Of a stretch of DNA of 56,020 nucleotides, positions 39,430-49,370 are shown piece by piece. The position numbers were made by a program, and so were the translations under genes. The stretch lies in contig JABIPN010000026.1 of assembly GCA_018698915.1 (NCBI GenBank), forward strand, positions 1-56,020, in the 5' to 3' direction. The DNA comes from Candidatus Woesearchaeota archaeon (lineage in GTDB: Archaea > Nanobdellota > Nanobdellia > UBA10117 > ARS21). Under the pieces are notes generated by a model. It searched no databases. It worked only from the letters and a program-made list of their open reading frames with translations, and was not told where the DNA came from. Every line of letters starts with the position of its first letter. The stretch's first letter is position 1.

Positions 39430-40017
39430 TTTTTCCAAAATTATGTAATGAGAATTTCCAAACCAACGAGTTGGGAAAAATGAAAATGAATTTATCCCAG
39501 GAAATTTACTATAATTATAACTCCATTTTATTATTTTCAGTTTATTTTCTCCAATCATTGCATTAAGAATTCGCCGAGTTAGGAAAACGCGATTATTTCT
39601 CATAATTCTAAATCGAGTATTTTCTCCAAAAACAAAAAAGAAAACTTTATCCATAAATTTTTGTTGATTTGGTGTTGTAATTATCAACTTTCCACCTTTC
39701 TTCAAAGATTTAGAGCAAAGTTTCATAAAATGATAGGGATTTTCTAAATGTTCCATAACTTCTGAAGATAATAGAATATCATATTTCGCTTTAAGCTTCG
39801 AAACATTCAAATCAACTTTAACAAATTTAATCCCTTTTGGAATTCTTTTGGACTTCAAGATATCATAACCAGTAAGATTGGTATAACCATTTTTCTTTAA
39901 GAGCGCCAATACAATTCCGTGTTGGCAACCAAGATCAGCTATTTTTGCAGTTTTAGAAACATTAAAATTATCCATTAAATCAACCGATTTATTTGCAAAC
40001 CATTTTATATCAGCCAT
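39424..40017 (-). CDS. Class I SAM-dependent methyltransferase
   Basis: Motif I IADLGCQHG and a later LKKGGKLIITTPN. 197 aa. Confidence 0.65.
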   Translation of the reverse strand: MADIKWFANKSVDLMDNFNVSKTAKIADLGCQHGIVLALLKKNGYTNLTGYDILKSKRIPKGIKFVKVDLNVSKLKAKYDILLSSEVMEHLENPYHFMKLCSKSLKKGGKLIITTPNQQKFMDKVFFFVFGENTRFRIMRNNRVFLTRRILNAMIGENKLKIIKWSYNYSKFPGINSFSFFPTRWFGNSHYIILEKL

Positions 40018-40045
40018 ATATTGGATTATAACAAATTCTTATAAA

Positions 40046-41986
40046 TCAACCGATGATATCACTTGTTCCAGTAGGAATAACAAACATAACTTCATCAACA
40101 CTAACTTTCAATTCCCGCGCTATTTTTTTGGCAATTTCTGATTTTTTACTTTTTCCAGGTATTAAACAAAAAAATTCATCATCAAATATACTTTTAGGTC
40201 CTCCAATAACTTTATTTTTAATTATACCAACACAAATTTCAAGTTCAGGACTAATTAATTCCCTCTTTCCCCGAACCATAAAACTACCTTTGGCAAGAAA
40301 TTCTCCGGCCTCAGCTTTCTTACTAACTTGTTCAGGTCGAACATAGAAAACTTCTTGAGTTCTATACCCATTTCGCCAAGCTCTAGAATATGATGCAGTA
40401 GCAATTGCAACTTCTTCAATATCGATTTCTTTTCCTATATTTTTTCCATCCTTAAGAAGAAAGAACGGACTACCTGCCATTGAGGTATGAAATACAAAAT
40501 CTCCAACTTCCATATGTTTCTTTATTAAAATTTCATTAGAAGTAGCATCACGACCACCAATTGCCAACATACCATTTGAAGTAAAAAACCATCTGAATTT
40601 TTCATACCATTCTTTTTTGACTGCAACGCGAGCTTTTGGTAAAGAAGATTCAACACGCTCAACAAGAGTTTCCTTAGTTTTCAATAATTTATCCCTATCA
40701 GAAGCATATTTTTTCATTGTACGTTCAGCACCAAGGATTTTAGAATTCATTGACTTAATTTTATGATAGAGCGTATCTGTAAAGTTTTCAATTTTATCTG
40801 CTAAGCGAATTTCAATCAAACAACCTTCAACTTCCAAAATAACTAGTCCTTCTTTGGAATCTATTTTACGAAACATCCCTGCCTCAATTAATCCTGAAGC
40901 TTTTTCTTTTTCTGCAGCTTCAATAATCTCAGACCATTCATGTCCAGCAGATCTAGCTTTTTTCAATCGATCAATTATCTTTGAAATGTATTGATAATTT
41001 CTATAAACAATTTCAATTTTATTTTTCAAGTCTGAACGTTTTTTCTTCAAATTTTCTACTGCAGATTTTTGATTATAAACAATTTTCTCAATTTTCTCAA
41101 TTTTCTTGTTAAATGATTTAAATCTCTCCTTCCTAACTTTTTCAACTTTACCTTCAGAAAAAACTAGATCAACAGACTCACTAAAAGTTTTAACTGTTTT
41201 AGTATCTTTATTTTTGAATTCATTTAGAATAAATGGAAGTGAGTCAACGTGTTTTTCCTCAGACATAACAACAACAGGTTTTGGAGAATCAAAATTAATT
41301 AACAAATCCCTTAAGGAAGCAAACACGTTTCCTTTATCATCTTTACTTAATTCAGAAACTTTCTTATTTTTATCAACACCTGAATTAATACAAACCTCTT
41401 CAGCATAGCGACCTCCAAGACTCAAACCATTTGCCAAATACTTCACAATTGAATGTTTCTCCCAAGCAGACAGTCCATTATCAAAATCTTTTCGAGATAA
41501 ACTCAAAACGTCAAAACTTTGTTCAGGATATTCATAAATTTCACCCTTTCTAATCGTTCGATCTTTTGTTTTCTGAATAACTGCAGAGTTCAAAATAGAA
41601 TATTTAGTATCAGTCAGAATAAAATTACCTTTTCCAAACAACTCACAAATCAAAAACCGAGTTCCATTCTTTGTATTAAATCTAAACTCAATTATTCTTT
41701 CAGATCCTCGTTGAACAACATCTTTCAAGGTGGCTTGAAGTAAATGCCGCCTCAAGAACATTGCAAACGCAGGAGGAACCATTGGATTTTCAAACTTAAA
41801 TTTTGACAAATACATTCCAATACCTGAATCAACAATTAAAGTACTTCGACCCTGACCTGCACGATGCAGTTCAAGTCTCAAAGTCTTGGATTTAGGAAGA
41901 TAAATTTTAGCAAGTTTAGAATTAAGATAGTCACTTCTAATTTCTTCAACAACAATTCTCAATTCAAGGGAAGTTAGTGCGCGCAT
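40046..41986 (-). CDS. NFACT-family protein (archaeal Rqc2/RqcH homologue; FbpA N-terminal domain plus DUF814)
   Basis: N-terminal LTSLELRIVVEEI..KIYLPKSKTLRLELH..GMYLSKFKFENP, a central coiled coil and a C-terminal DFVFHTSMAGSPFFLLK (DUF814-like). Confidence 0.8.
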   Translation of the reverse strand: MRALTSLELRIVVEEIRSDYLNSKLAKIYLPKSKTLRLELHRAGQGRSTLIVDSGIGMYLSKFKFENPMVPPAFAMFLRRHLLQATLKDVVQRGSERIIEFRFNTKNGTRFLICELFGKGNFILTDTKYSILNSAVIQKTKDRTIRKGEIYEYPEQSFDVLSLSRKDFDNGLSAWEKHSIVKYLANGLSLGGRYAEEVCINSGVDKNKKVSELSKDDKGNVFASLRDLLINFDSPKPVVVMSEEKHVDSLPFILNEFKNKDTKTVKTFSESVDLVFSEGKVEKVRKERFKSFNKKIEKIEKIVYNQKSAVENLKKKRSDLKNKIEIVYRNYQYISKIIDRLKKARSAGHEWSEIIEAAEKEKASGLIEAGMFRKIDSKEGLVILEVEGCLIEIRLADKIENFTDTLYHKIKSMNSKILGAERTMKKYASDRDKLLKTKETLVERVESSLPKARVAVKKEWYEKFRWFFTSNGMLAIGGRDATSNEILIKKHMEVGDFVFHTSMAGSPFFLLKDGKNIGKEIDIEEVAIATASYSRAWRNGYRTQEVFYVRPEQVSKKAEAGEFLAKGSFMVRGKRELISPELEICVGIIKNKVIGGPKSIFDDEFFCLIPGKSKKSEIAKKIARELKVSVDEVMFVIPTGTSDIIG

Positions 41987-42016
41987 GTAAAAACTAAGAA
42001 AATAAAGTATAAGAGT

Positions 42017-42496
42017 TTATTCTTCTAACTCAAAAGGTTCGCCATCAGGAAGATCAAAGTAATCATAAAATTTACGAGTGGTGCTCAACTTTTTCGAAAC
42101 ACCATCTTTCCTAGCCTCAATAAATCCATGTTTGACTAATTCAGAAATATGACCATATGCTTTATTACTACGAATTCGAACAACATCTGCCTGACGAATT
42201 GGTTGTTTGTGAGCAATATAAGCAAGCGTTTGCAAAATAGCTTTATCAATTTCGGGACGTGCAGCTTCAGTAACTGCTTCAACATGAGCATCTTTAACCA
42301 TCATTTTCCAAATACCCTCAACTTCATCAATCTTCAATCCACCATTCCTTTCAATATAATCAATCCGCAAATGATGCAATGCATCTTTAATCAAACCCTT
42401 TTTTCTAATTCCGGTATGTTTAGAAACTTCCTCAACAGTGTAACCCTTTGCATTACAATGTAACAATGCTTCAACTTTGGCTTTAGTATCTTCCAT
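42017..42496 (-). CDS. scpB: Segregation and condensation protein B-like (ScpB, winged helix)
   Basis: 159 aa with two wHTH-like halves. It lies directly downstream of scpA and overlaps it in an smc-scpA-scpB arrangement. Confidence 0.65.
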   Translation of the reverse strand: MEDTKAKVEALLHCNAKGYTVEEVSKHTGIRKKGLIKDALHHLRIDYIERNGGLKIDEVEGIWKMMVKDAHVEAVTEAARPEIDKAILQTLAYIAHKQPIRQADVVRIRSNKAYGHISELVKHGFIEARKDGVSKKLSTTRKFYDYFDLPDGEPFELEE

Positions 42497-43274
42497 TTTT
42501 CAAAACCTCCAATAATATTTTATCAAAAGATTTTTCCTGTATAATATTAACTTTACCATGATTTGCTAAATGCAACAAAGGTAAAAATATTGATATTTTT
42601 TCTTTGTAATCAAGATCACCAACCAACTCATCAAAATCAACATGAGAATTAGTTTTACCATACATATTCAAAACATCAGAATGTATCTTTTTAATTCGAT
42701 CAGTAATTTTTTCCTTCTTTGCTTCAAAAATTTGTTCTGGATCAATTGTAACATCTTCAAAATCTTCAACCATTGCTCGGCGAGTTTCCCTACGACGATC
42801 AACTTCAATAGCTTTCTTCAATGCACCCATCAACTCTACAACTGTAACCTTTCTGCTACGAGGAGTAACTGTTTTATGCTGAATTAAATATTTTCTTTTA
42901 GTATTATGTCGAATATGATTGGACAGTTTCATAATTTTTGCTTCATCAGGATCAATATATTCATCTTCATCAAATTCAAAGTCTCCATCTTCAAAATTAT
43001 CTTCATCATCATTTGTCAACATAATAAAATCATCAAGACCAAGATGACGTGTTTTGATTTTCAGTAATAGCGCAGCAGATAAAATAACTTTTCCCGAAAT
43101 TCTAAAATTCAATCGTTTTAATTTTTTAATAGTCTCAATATATTCATTGGCAAATTTTTGAATGTCAATATCCCAAGGATCAATTTTTTTACTTCGGATT
43201 AATTCATAAATTATTGATTGCCATTTGATATCATCTTCAGATAAAATTGCACTAAATAATTCACTTTGACTCAT
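42483..43274 (-). CDS. scpA: Segregation and condensation protein A (kleisin ScpA)
   Basis: KIDPWDIDIQKFANEYIETI is the typical ScpA N-terminus. It has an acidic linker and a C-terminal wHTH, and follows smc with a 1-nt spacer. Confidence 0.8.
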   Translation of the reverse strand: MSQSELFSAILSEDDIKWQSIIYELIRSKKIDPWDIDIQKFANEYIETIKKLKRLNFRISGKVILSAALLLKIKTRHLGLDDFIMLTNDDEDNFEDGDFEFDEDEYIDPDEAKIMKLSNHIRHNTKRKYLIQHKTVTPRSRKVTVVELMGALKKAIEVDRRRETRRAMVEDFEDVTIDPEQIFEAKKEKITDRIKKIHSDVLNMYGKTNSHVDFDELVGDLDYKEKISIFLPLLHLANHGKVNIIQEKSFDKILLEVLKNGRY

Positions 43275-43275
43275 T

Positions 43276-46200
43276 TTAGTTTTTCACCCTCATACTACTA
43301 ATATAACTCTCTCCTTGTTTTTTGTTCATCCAAATTCCATGCAATATATCTGCAGTAGACATAACAGAATCCTTATGGCTGACAATTATAATTTGTGATC
43401 GAGCGGAATATTCCTTCAAAAGTTCAGCCATTCTTTCAACATTAACTCCATCAAGAGGTGCATCAATTTCATCAAGAAGATAAAATGGCGTCGGATTATG
43501 TTCAGCAATTGCAAACAAGAAAGATAACGCAACCATTGCACTTTCACCACCACTTAGAGCAGTAAGTGCATTTGATCCGGGTTTAATAACTTTAATCATA
43601 ACTCCACCATCAAACGGATTTTCTGGATTTTCTAAAAGTAGATTTCCAGTAACAATATCATTATTTATACTACCATAAATCTTTGAGAAATTCCCTGCAA
43701 TAGAATTAAATGCATCCATAAATGAAACTTTCTTTTTGGTTTCAATTGTATTAATTACATCTACAATACTTTGACGCTCACTATCAAGCTTACCAACTCG
43801 CCAGTTCAATTTATCCCATTCTTTTTTAACATCGTCATAAATTTCAAGAGCTTTCAAATTAACATTACCTAAACTCCGCAACTTACGACTCATATCACTT
43901 TGTTTCTGTTTAGCTGCCTGAACAGTTTTCAAGTAAGGTAAGGTATTAATTCCTTTGTACTCTTCAAGCTCTTCCCTAACTGAACTCAATTCAGAATCAA
44001 CTTTGGCCCGTGCAATAGACAAGGCATTCAAACCTTCATTATCTCCAACACTTTTCAATTCAAGATTTTTAGTTCGTTCTTGCTCTTTTTTAAACAATTC
44101 AGAAAGTTTACTTTTATCAGTAAATAATTTTTTTAGTTGTCCGTAAAATTCTTTCTCTTCGCGTTCTTTAACTGAAAGTCGATTTTTGAATTCATTAATC
44201 TGAGTTTTCTTTTTATTAATCTGATCATTAAATTCTAGTTTCTCTTTAAGTAGACCAGAAATAACTCGGTCAATATTATCTCGCTCAGGAATAAGTGCAT
44301 TTTCCAAAGTTGCATTGATTGTTGCAATCTTACTTCCCACATCTCGTTTATTTGAATCAATTCTATCAAGCTCTTTCTTTTTACTTCCAAATTGCAATTC
44401 CTTTAAATTATATTTTGCAGCATTTCGTTCAATAGTCAATTTCTGAATTTTATCTTTCAGTTTTTCATAAACTTTAGCAATATCTTTCAATCGAGACTCG
44501 CGATTTTTCAAACCAGTCAATAAATCTTTTTGCCGAACTTTCAATTCATTTGAACTTTCTTTAGGAACTTCTAATGAACTCATTCCACTTTCAATTTCAA
44601 TTTTCATTTTACGTAAACCAATAAGTTCTCTATCAATATTATCTCGCTCTTTCTCAAGCGCCTTAACTTTAATTCTGAATTTATCCAGCTCAGAAATTTT
44701 CTTATCAATATCACCTGAGTCTGTCTTTTTTCCAAAACCAATTCCTGTTTCTCTTCTGAAACCACCAGAGATTGCACCACCAACTGAAAATACATCGCCT
44801 TCCAAACTAACCATGGAATAACTTCCAATTCCAACCGCACGTGCAGTATTAGTATCATTAACAATAATTGTATTTCTTAAAATATTAGAAAATATTTTTC
44901 TGAATTCAGGTTTACAATCAACTAAGTCAGAAGCCTTACCAATGACTCCCGAACCTTGAGGAACATGTCCACCAGAAGAAGCTTTAATTTTTGAAAGAGG
45001 TAAGAATGTAGCAACGCCTAATTTTTTATCCCGTAAGAATTTCAAACACTTGATTGCAACTTTCTCATCTTTAACAACTATATTTTTTAATCTCGATCCG
45101 GCTGCAACTTTAAGCGCAGTAGAATATTCTGAATCAACTTGCCCAAGTTCAGCAACAGTTCCATAAATTTCTCCAAGTTTTTGCTTGTGCTTCATAATTG
45201 CACCAATTGCTTTATTTCTCATCAACAAAGAATAACTCGAATTCATCTCCATTTGGATTCTAGACAAGGCACTTTCCTTATCCAACATTTCCCTACGTTG
45301 TTCTTTGATTTCAATAAAAATTTCAGCATCGCGATCAGTCATAGAATTAATTTCCATCAAGACTTCTCGATATTTATCTTTTTTACCTTTAGTTCCTGAA
45401 AGCATTTTTTCAATTCTAACAATCTCAGTAATTTTTTCACCAAGTGCAGCGACCTTAATTCTAAATACTTCAAGCTCACCCTCAATTTTATTTTTCTCAC
45501 TCTTCAATTCAAAATCAGATTCTCTAAACTGTTCAAGTTCAGATTCCTTTCCATCCAACTTCTTTTGAATATCAGAAACAGAAACACTAGACAGACCTAA
45601 TGATTTTTTAATTTCATTTTCCCTTCCTTCAAGTTTTCTCAATTCCAACTTTTGTTCATTCAGTTCATCAGAAGACATCTTAATTTTTCCTTTAATGTCT
45701 GCAAGACTTTTACTCAAATTACCTTTCCGATCCTCAACTCTGCGAATTTCATTTTCTGAACTTATAACTAAATTTTTAGCATTTTCTAAATCAATTCTCA
45801 AATTTTCAACATCTTTCTGTAAAATAAGTTGTTCTTCTCCTCCCTTTTTCTCAATCTTTTTCTCAACAATATCAATTTTATTTTGCAAAACTTTAACTTT
45901 ATCATTCAGTTCAGTAAGTTTTTTCTTGTATTCTTTTTGTTTCTTCTCAACAATCTCAAGTTTCTTAGCGATTTGGCTTTTTCGAGACGCTGCAGAATTA
46001 TGTTTCAGACTCAATTCCGTAGACTTTGCACTTTTTAATTCAGAATTGTAAGAGTTATATTGTTCAGCAACTTTCCGATCACCTTCAAGAGAATTAAGAT
46101 AAGATTTCTTTTCATTCATAACAATCTGGACTTCTCGCAATTTTTCTTCAACTTTGTCCAAATTCTTCATAGCACTATCTTTCTTCCGCTCATAAACACC

Positions 46201-46704
46201 AATTCCTGCAATGTCTTCAATCAACTTACGTTTGTCAACCGCACGCATTGTAATAAAACTTGAAATATCTCCTTGCAAAATAATATTATGACCTTCTGGA
46301 CGAATCTGACTCATTTCTAAAAGTTCTAAAATCTGCGTTCGAGTTGCACGTTTGTTATTAATTAGATAACGACTCTTACCTTCCTTTGAAATCTCTCGAG
46401 CAACCTCAATTTTTTTATCAGGTAGTCCAAAGATCCCCGAAGAATTATCCAAAGTTAGAGCAACAGAAGCACCATTTGAACGGTAATTATTATTTTTATG
46501 AACTAATCCACCATAATTGTCTGCTCTAATGCTTTTAGTAGATAACCGACCAAGAACAAAACACAGCGCGTCCATAACATTGGATTTACCACTTCCATTT
46601 GCACCCGCAATACAATTAAAACCAGATCCAAACTGAATATTAACATGTTTGTTAAAGCTCTTAAAACCCTTTAACTTCAAGTTAGTGATGAATGTCTTTC
46701 GCAT
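43276..46704 (-). CDS. smc: Chromosome segregation ATPase SMC
   Basis: Walker A GANGSGKSN, long coiled coils, a hinge (GTVAELGQVDSEYSTALKVAAGSRL...VATFLPL), the signature LSGGE and Walker B FYLLDEIDAPLD. 1142 aa. Confidence 0.93.
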   Translation of the reverse strand: MRKTFITNLKLKGFKSFNKHVNIQFGSGFNCIAGANGSGKSNVMDALCFVLGRLSTKSIRADNYGGLVHKNNNYRSNGASVALTLDNSSGIFGLPDKKIEVAREISKEGKSRYLINNKRATRTQILELLEMSQIRPEGHNIILQGDISSFITMRAVDKRKLIEDIAGIGVYERKKDSAMKNLDKVEEKLREVQIVMNEKKSYLNSLEGDRKVAEQYNSYNSELKSAKSTELSLKHNSAASRKSQIAKKLEIVEKKQKEYKKKLTELNDKVKVLQNKIDIVEKKIEKKGGEEQLILQKDVENLRIDLENAKNLVISSENEIRRVEDRKGNLSKSLADIKGKIKMSSDELNEQKLELRKLEGRENEIKKSLGLSSVSVSDIQKKLDGKESELEQFRESDFELKSEKNKIEGELEVFRIKVAALGEKITEIVRIEKMLSGTKGKKDKYREVLMEINSMTDRDAEIFIEIKEQRREMLDKESALSRIQMEMNSSYSLLMRNKAIGAIMKHKQKLGEIYGTVAELGQVDSEYSTALKVAAGSRLKNIVVKDEKVAIKCLKFLRDKKLGVATFLPLSKIKASSGGHVPQGSGVIGKASDLVDCKPEFRKIFSNILRNTIIVNDTNTARAVGIGSYSMVSLEGDVFSVGGAISGGFRRETGIGFGKKTDSGDIDKKISELDKFRIKVKALEKERDNIDRELIGLRKMKIEIESGMSSLEVPKESSNELKVRQKDLLTGLKNRESRLKDIAKVYEKLKDKIQKLTIERNAAKYNLKELQFGSKKKELDRIDSNKRDVGSKIATINATLENALIPERDNIDRVISGLLKEKLEFNDQINKKKTQINEFKNRLSVKEREEKEFYGQLKKLFTDKSKLSELFKKEQERTKNLELKSVGDNEGLNALSIARAKVDSELSSVREELEEYKGINTLPYLKTVQAAKQKQSDMSRKLRSLGNVNLKALEIYDDVKKEWDKLNWRVGKLDSERQSIVDVINTIETKKKVSFMDAFNSIAGNFSKIYGSINNDIVTGNLLLENPENPFDGGVMIKVIKPGSNALTALSGGESAMVALSFLFAIAEHNPTPFYLLDEIDAPLDGVNVERMAELLKEYSARSQIIIVSHKDSVMSTADILHGIWMNKKQGESYISSMRVKN

Positions 46705-46738
46705 AGCTGTTTAATTACGCGGAGCTATAAAAAAACTT

Positions 46739-48040
46739 CTACGGACCGGTCCTTTCAACATCTCGAGGGAATAAAACTGCTTCTCGAACATTTGGCAAAT
46801 TCAATATGAACATTAGCATTCTATCAATACCCATTCCAAATCCTCCGTGTGGCGGAGCACCAAATTTGAATGGTGTTGTGTAAAATTCCAAATCTTTTGG
46901 ATTTAATTTCTTATTTTTAATCTGATTAATCAAAATATCATATCTATGTTCTCTTTGTCCACCAGAACTAATCTCATTATTTTTGTAGATTAAGTCAACA
47001 TATCGACCAATTTTTCCATCATGCATTGCATAGAACTTAGTAAGATTCTCAGGGAAATTAATCAAGAAAAAAGCATCAGTTTTATATTTTTTCTTAACAA
47101 GATTACCAAGTTTTCGCTCAGCTTCAGTTCCAATATCTGTACCTTGCTTTAATTTCAATAACTTACATGCATCTACGTGCGAAATCTTTGGAAACGGAAG
47201 TTTAGGAACATCAATATTTGCTTTCAGCAATTCCAATTCAGGTTTACATTCTTTCTTTACTGCTCTCAAAACAGAAACGAGTAATTTTTCTTGAGTTTTC
47301 ATAATCTCACCAATTCCATCAATGAATGACATTTCAACATCTAATTGCCAGAACTCAGTCAAATGGCGATGGGTGTGACTTTTTTCAGCACGATAACTAG
47401 TACCAATCTCGTAAGCTTTCTCAAATCCAGAGATCATAATCAATTGTTTATACAATTGTTGACTTTGATTCAAAGCTATCGTCTTTTTGAAATAAGGCAA
47501 TTTAAATAATTCAGCTCCACCTTCTGCCCCTGCCTCAGAAATTTTAGAAGTCTGCATTTCCAAGAAATCATTATCTCTAAAGAATTTATGAATAGCATTC
47601 AACATAACTGAACGCACTTTGAATATTGCAAGGACTTTCGGATTTCTTAAATCTAGATATCTATAATCTAATCTTTTACTCATATCAGTTTCAACTGTTC
47701 CACCCAAGAATTCAATCGGAAGCGGTACTTCTGCTCGACTCAAAACTTCTAATTCAATAAGTTCCAATTCTTTTCCACCAATTTTAGCTTTTGAAGTCTT
47801 AACTTTTCCCTTAACTGAAACAACACTTTCCCGAGTCAAATCTTTTAAACTTTGTAATCCCATAAATTTTTTATTAGCAACAATCTGAGCATAACCTTCG
47901 CGATCTCGTAAACTCAAGAACGCTAACTTACCTAAATGTTTGGATTTTTCTACCCACCCTGCAAGAACAATAGTTGAACCAATTCTTGCTTTCTGAAGGT
48001 CAGAAGTAGATTTTCTCCGAGAAAGATTAACCATATCCAA
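46739..48040 (-). CDS. aspS: Aspartyl-tRNA synthetase (archaeal type, class IIb)
   Basis: OB-fold N-terminus. QSQQLYKQ resembles QSPQLYKQ of AspRS. Motif 2 YRAEKSHTHRHLTEFWQLDVE and motif 3 GGFGMGIDRMLM. Confidence 0.85.
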   Translation of the reverse strand: MDMVNLSRRKSTSDLQKARIGSTIVLAGWVEKSKHLGKLAFLSLRDREGYAQIVANKKFMGLQSLKDLTRESVVSVKGKVKTSKAKIGGKELELIELEVLSRAEVPLPIEFLGGTVETDMSKRLDYRYLDLRNPKVLAIFKVRSVMLNAIHKFFRDNDFLEMQTSKISEAGAEGGAELFKLPYFKKTIALNQSQQLYKQLIMISGFEKAYEIGTSYRAEKSHTHRHLTEFWQLDVEMSFIDGIGEIMKTQEKLLVSVLRAVKKECKPELELLKANIDVPKLPFPKISHVDACKLLKLKQGTDIGTEAERKLGNLVKKKYKTDAFFLINFPENLTKFYAMHDGKIGRYVDLIYKNNEISSGGQREHRYDILINQIKNKKLNPKDLEFYTTPFKFGAPPHGGFGMGIDRMLMFILNLPNVREAVLFPRDVERTGP

Positions 48041-48080
48041 TTTAGTCCAGACACTTATTTAAGAGTATTGAAAACTAATA

Positions 48081-48446
48081 CTAACTTCTACGTAATTTTC
48101 TTGCATGTACTTCAAGATGATTTATATCCCTTCCACGCGATCCAAAAACAACATTAACAATTTTTACAGTTTTATCATTTGCAACAGAATTAATACGCTT
48201 TACAATTTCTCTAAAACCTGCATTTGATCCCAAACTAAAGTCTTTATACAAAATATTATCATGAGTTTCATCTACAGAATTATGAGTTATTTCAACTTCC
48301 AAAACTCCATCTCGACGACTAAATATACTAACTCCTGTAATCCTGGTGCGAGTTTTATTAGCAAGAGAATTTAATGCTGAGACTAATTTAGAAACCGAGT
48401 TTTTAGAATCATTCAATGTCAGAAGAGTAGGATGTTTATGATTCAT
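48081..48446 (-). CDS. Hypothetical protein
   Basis: 121-aa ORF between aspS and rnhB on the same strand. No motif recognised. Confidence 0.45.
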   Translation of the reverse strand: MNHKHPTLLTLNDSKNSVSKLVSALNSLANKTRTRITGVSIFSRRDGVLEVEITHNSVDETHDNILYKDFSLGSNAGFREIVKRINSVANDKTVKIVNVVFGSRGRDINHLEVHARKLRRS

Positions 48447-48480
48447 AAAGAAATAAGTATGCTAAGCTATAAAATCCTTA

Positions 48481-49134
48481 CTAGAACTCTGACAAGTTGC
48501 TCTGGCCTTGCGCTTCATTCAATCGCTTATATGTTGCCCAGCACTTTCGAAGATATTTATGAATCGGACCTCTGAAATTATCTGCTAAATAAGCTTTACA
48601 ACGAGGATCATGAGGATAACCACTGCCAATTTCTGCTCCAACCTCTTCAACAATTCTAGCAACTTCTCTATCTCTCGAAACTTTAGCCAATATTGAAGCA
48701 GCTCCTGCCACAACATATTTTGCATCAGCTCCATGTTCAGCAATTATTTCAGGTTTAACATTTAAGAATTCATTAATCATTATTCCAAATTTTGCTCCAC
48801 CATTTGCAGGCTCAGGACTATCAACATAAACTTTAGACGGTTTTAATTTGTTAATTATCTTTGCAGCAACACGAGCCTCCATTTGATTCAGATTAATTCC
48901 TCTTTCTTGATATTCATCAATCTCTTCAGCAGAGATTTCAATAATATCATAAGAATCAACGAGTTTGATAATCTCATCAAAAAGTATTTCACGTTTCTCA
49001 GCAGGAATCAATTTAGAATCTTTTATTCCCATAGCTTTCAAGAGTTCAATCTTGTCTTCAGTAACGGAAACTCCTGCCATAACTAATGGACCAACAATCG
49101 GACCTCTCCCAGCTTCATCAATTCCACAAATCAT
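48481..49134 (-). CDS. rnhB: Ribonuclease HII
   Basis: ICGIDEAGRGPIVGPLVMAGV and DSKLI are RNase HII catalytic signatures. 217 aa. Confidence 0.9.
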   Translation of the reverse strand: MICGIDEAGRGPIVGPLVMAGVSVTEDKIELLKAMGIKDSKLIPAEKREILFDEIIKLVDSYDIIEISAEEIDEYQERGINLNQMEARVAAKIINKLKPSKVYVDSPEPANGGAKFGIMINEFLNVKPEIIAEHGADAKYVVAGAASILAKVSRDREVARIVEEVGAEIGSGYPHDPRCKAYLADNFRGPIHKYLRKCWATYKRLNEAQGQSNLSEF

Positions 49135-49184
49135 AGTTAATTCTTTAACTCAAATTTATAAGCTTGATGTCGTTCATCAAAACT

Positions 49185-49193
49185 CTTTTAAAG
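49185..49193 (+). promoter_or_regulatory. TATA-like box (CTTTTAAAG) for tRNA-iMet
   Basis: Its centre is about 25 nt upstream of tRNA position 1 (49214). Confidence 0.35.
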
Positions 49194-49213
49194 CTAAAAT
49201 TAGAGCATTTTCC

Positions 49214-49288
49214 AGCGAGGTGGGGCAGTCTGGAGTGCCCGTCGGGCTCATAACCCGGAGGTCGTAGGTTCAAATCCTGCTCTCGCTA
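49214..49288 (+). tRNA. Initiator tRNA-Met (anticodon CAT), no encoded CCA
   Basis: Hand-folded cloverleaf: acceptor AGCGAGG/TCTCGCT, D stem GGGC/GCCC, anticodon stem TCGGG/CCCGG, loop CTCATAA, T arm GTAGG-TTCAAAT-CCTGC, discriminator A. A1:U72 and three G:C pairs closing the anticodon stem are archaeal initiator hallmarks. Confidence 0.9.
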
Positions 49289-49302
49289 TAAATATTAAAG
49301 CG

Positions 49303-49333
49303 ATCTTGAAATTATTCTTTCAAGATTTTTATT
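49303..49333 (+). terminator. Hairpin plus T-tract downstream of the tRNA
   Basis: A perfect 9-bp inverted repeat ATCTTGAAA/TTTCAAGAT with a 6-nt loop is followed by TTTTATT. Confidence 0.4.
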
Positions 49334-49370
49334 GGAAATACTTTTTAATTATTAAGAACAACAATCATAA

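Noticed and set aside
37123-40017. Two small SAM methyltransferases as a restriction-modification system
   Set aside because: No (D/N)PPY or cytosine-C5 PC/ENV DNA methyltransferase motif was seen. No endonuclease or specificity subunit is adjacent. One of the two genes is translationally coupled to the CCA enzyme, which suggests RNA or small-molecule methylation.
45139-46263. Cluster of plus-strand ORFs (45139-45399, 45305-45568, 45695-46051, 45829-46038, 46060-46263) inside smc
   Set aside because: They are antisense to the Lys/Glu-rich coiled-coil region of SMC. The Phe/Ser/Leu-rich products are typical mirror-frame artefacts.
43276-46704. SMC-like ATPase as part of a defence system (Wadjet/Lamassu-type)
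   Set aside because: It has a canonical hinge, full-length coiled coils and a directly linked scpA-scpB, so it is the chromosomal condensin. No JetABCD-like or nuclease partners are present.
49214-49288. Elongator tRNA-Met or tRNA-Ile2 (CAT) instead of the initiator
   Set aside because: The A1:U72 pair and three consecutive G:C pairs closing the anticodon stem are initiator features in archaea. The sequence closely resembles the archaeal tRNAi pattern AGCGGG..GGGCUCAUAACCC.
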